Shown here: piece after piece, positions 63,394 through 64,000 of the stretch
Layout: the number at the start of each line of letters is the position of its first letter
Numbering within the stretch: position 1 is the first letter of the stretch
Assembly (NCBI GenBank): GCA_963704805.1
Contig: CAVPHS010000001.1
Location: 1,234,496-1,298,495 of the forward strand
Direction of reading: 5' to 3'
DNA: 64,000 nt
Origin: an uncultured Gemmatimonadales bacterium
Lineage (GTDB): Bacteria > Gemmatimonadota > Gemmatimonadetes > Gemmatimonadales > GWC2-71-9
Translations under genes and position numbers: made by a program
The notes under the pieces: model-generated
Told to the model about the DNA's origin: nothing
Database searches by the model: none
Seen by the model: the letters and a program-made list of their open reading frames with translations, nothing else

Positions 63394-64000
63394 GTGCCCT
63401 TCAACGCATCGCTGGGCCGAGCCCTCGTGGTCTTGCTCGCTGCCACGTCCCCGCGTGTGACGGAGCAGATCCACACGAACGACAATCTCCACCCGGCCGG
63501 AACCCTGCGCGACGGCGTCCTGCACCTTCGCCTCGACACGCGCGTCGGGATCTGGCAGCCGGACGGCGACGACGCGCCCGGCGCGATCGGTGCCGGCGTT
63601 CGCGGAGGTCGGGCGAGCGCTCCAGATCCCCGGTCCGCTCATCCGCGTCCCCGCCGGCACCGACGTCGTCCTGACCGTGACGAACTCCCTCCCCGACAGC
63701 GTGCTCACACTGCACGGCCTCGCGTCGCGCCCGCTGCCGCCTGGCGCTCCGGACAGCGTGCAAGTCGCCCCCGGCACGTCGCGCGAAGTCCACTTCCGGC
63801 TCGACGCGCCCGGTACCTACTTCTACTGGGGCACGACCACAGGCCGGAGCTGGCTGGCGCGCACCGGAGCGGACGCGCAACTCTCCGGCGCCATCGTCGT
63901 CGACGAACCCGGCATGACACGCCCGCCGCGATCGCATTCTCGTCATCGGTCAATGGGCCGATACGACGCCGTCCGAGGCGAATCCGGACGCCCTCATGCG
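63394..64000 (+). pseudogene. multicopper oxidase, 5' part (runs off the window), with two apparent frameshifts
   Basis: The N-terminal frame runs to about 63589. IPGPLIRVPAGTDVVLTVTNSL...LHGL...APGTYFYWG follows in a second frame. RDRILVIGQWAD follows in a third frame from about 63927. Confidence 0.45.

Overview
High-GC bacterial chromosomal window with about 65 genes; the taxon cannot be assigned from the sequence alone. All calls rest on reading the ORF translations for motifs I recognise and on manual repeat comparison. No database search or folding program was run. Positions 1-26.2 kb hold ordinary metabolic and envelope genes: an amidase, a TIGR03546/TIGR03545-like pair, an ECF sigma/anti-sigma pair, an IorAB-like molybdoenzyme, an APC permease, an AI-2E transporter, a translationally coupled porin/FMN-binding/membrane/ApbE operon, a large coiled-coil protein, a RAYT flanked by perfect REP palindromes, and reductases. 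One 3.3-kb sortilin/BNR-like gene in this part is riddled with frame changes and carries an in-frame amber codon. A tRNA-Pro(GGG) at 26225-26298 anchors about 31 kb of accessory DNA. First comes a 12.7-kb integrated phage-like element bounded by a 42-bp direct repeat of the tRNA 3' part, with a tyrosine integrase at its far end. Then comes the most unusual structure in the window. Six further same-orientation copies of the last 19-20 nt of the tRNA occur, plus two degenerate copies. Five of the full copies form the 3' end of a sharply bounded, internally structured element of about 126 nt, often followed by a terminator hairpin. These copies cut 38993-57782 into integrase-less gene cassettes. 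The cassette cargo is a sensor kinase/regulator/hydrolase set, a MOT1-like transporter, a 5-gene oxidoreductase set, an FG-GAP protein, an Hsp20/BON/PsiE-like stress set, and a radical SAM gene. That radical SAM ORF ends at a TGA that sits in a C-U-A-E-P context with a downstream hairpin, so it is a candidate selenoprotein. Other repeat families are a GC-rich hairpin repeat inserted in-frame in two CDSs and a nested palindromic MITE-like block. Gene fragments (hsdR, HlyD-type adaptor) and a frameshifted multicopper oxidase at the right edge are also noted.
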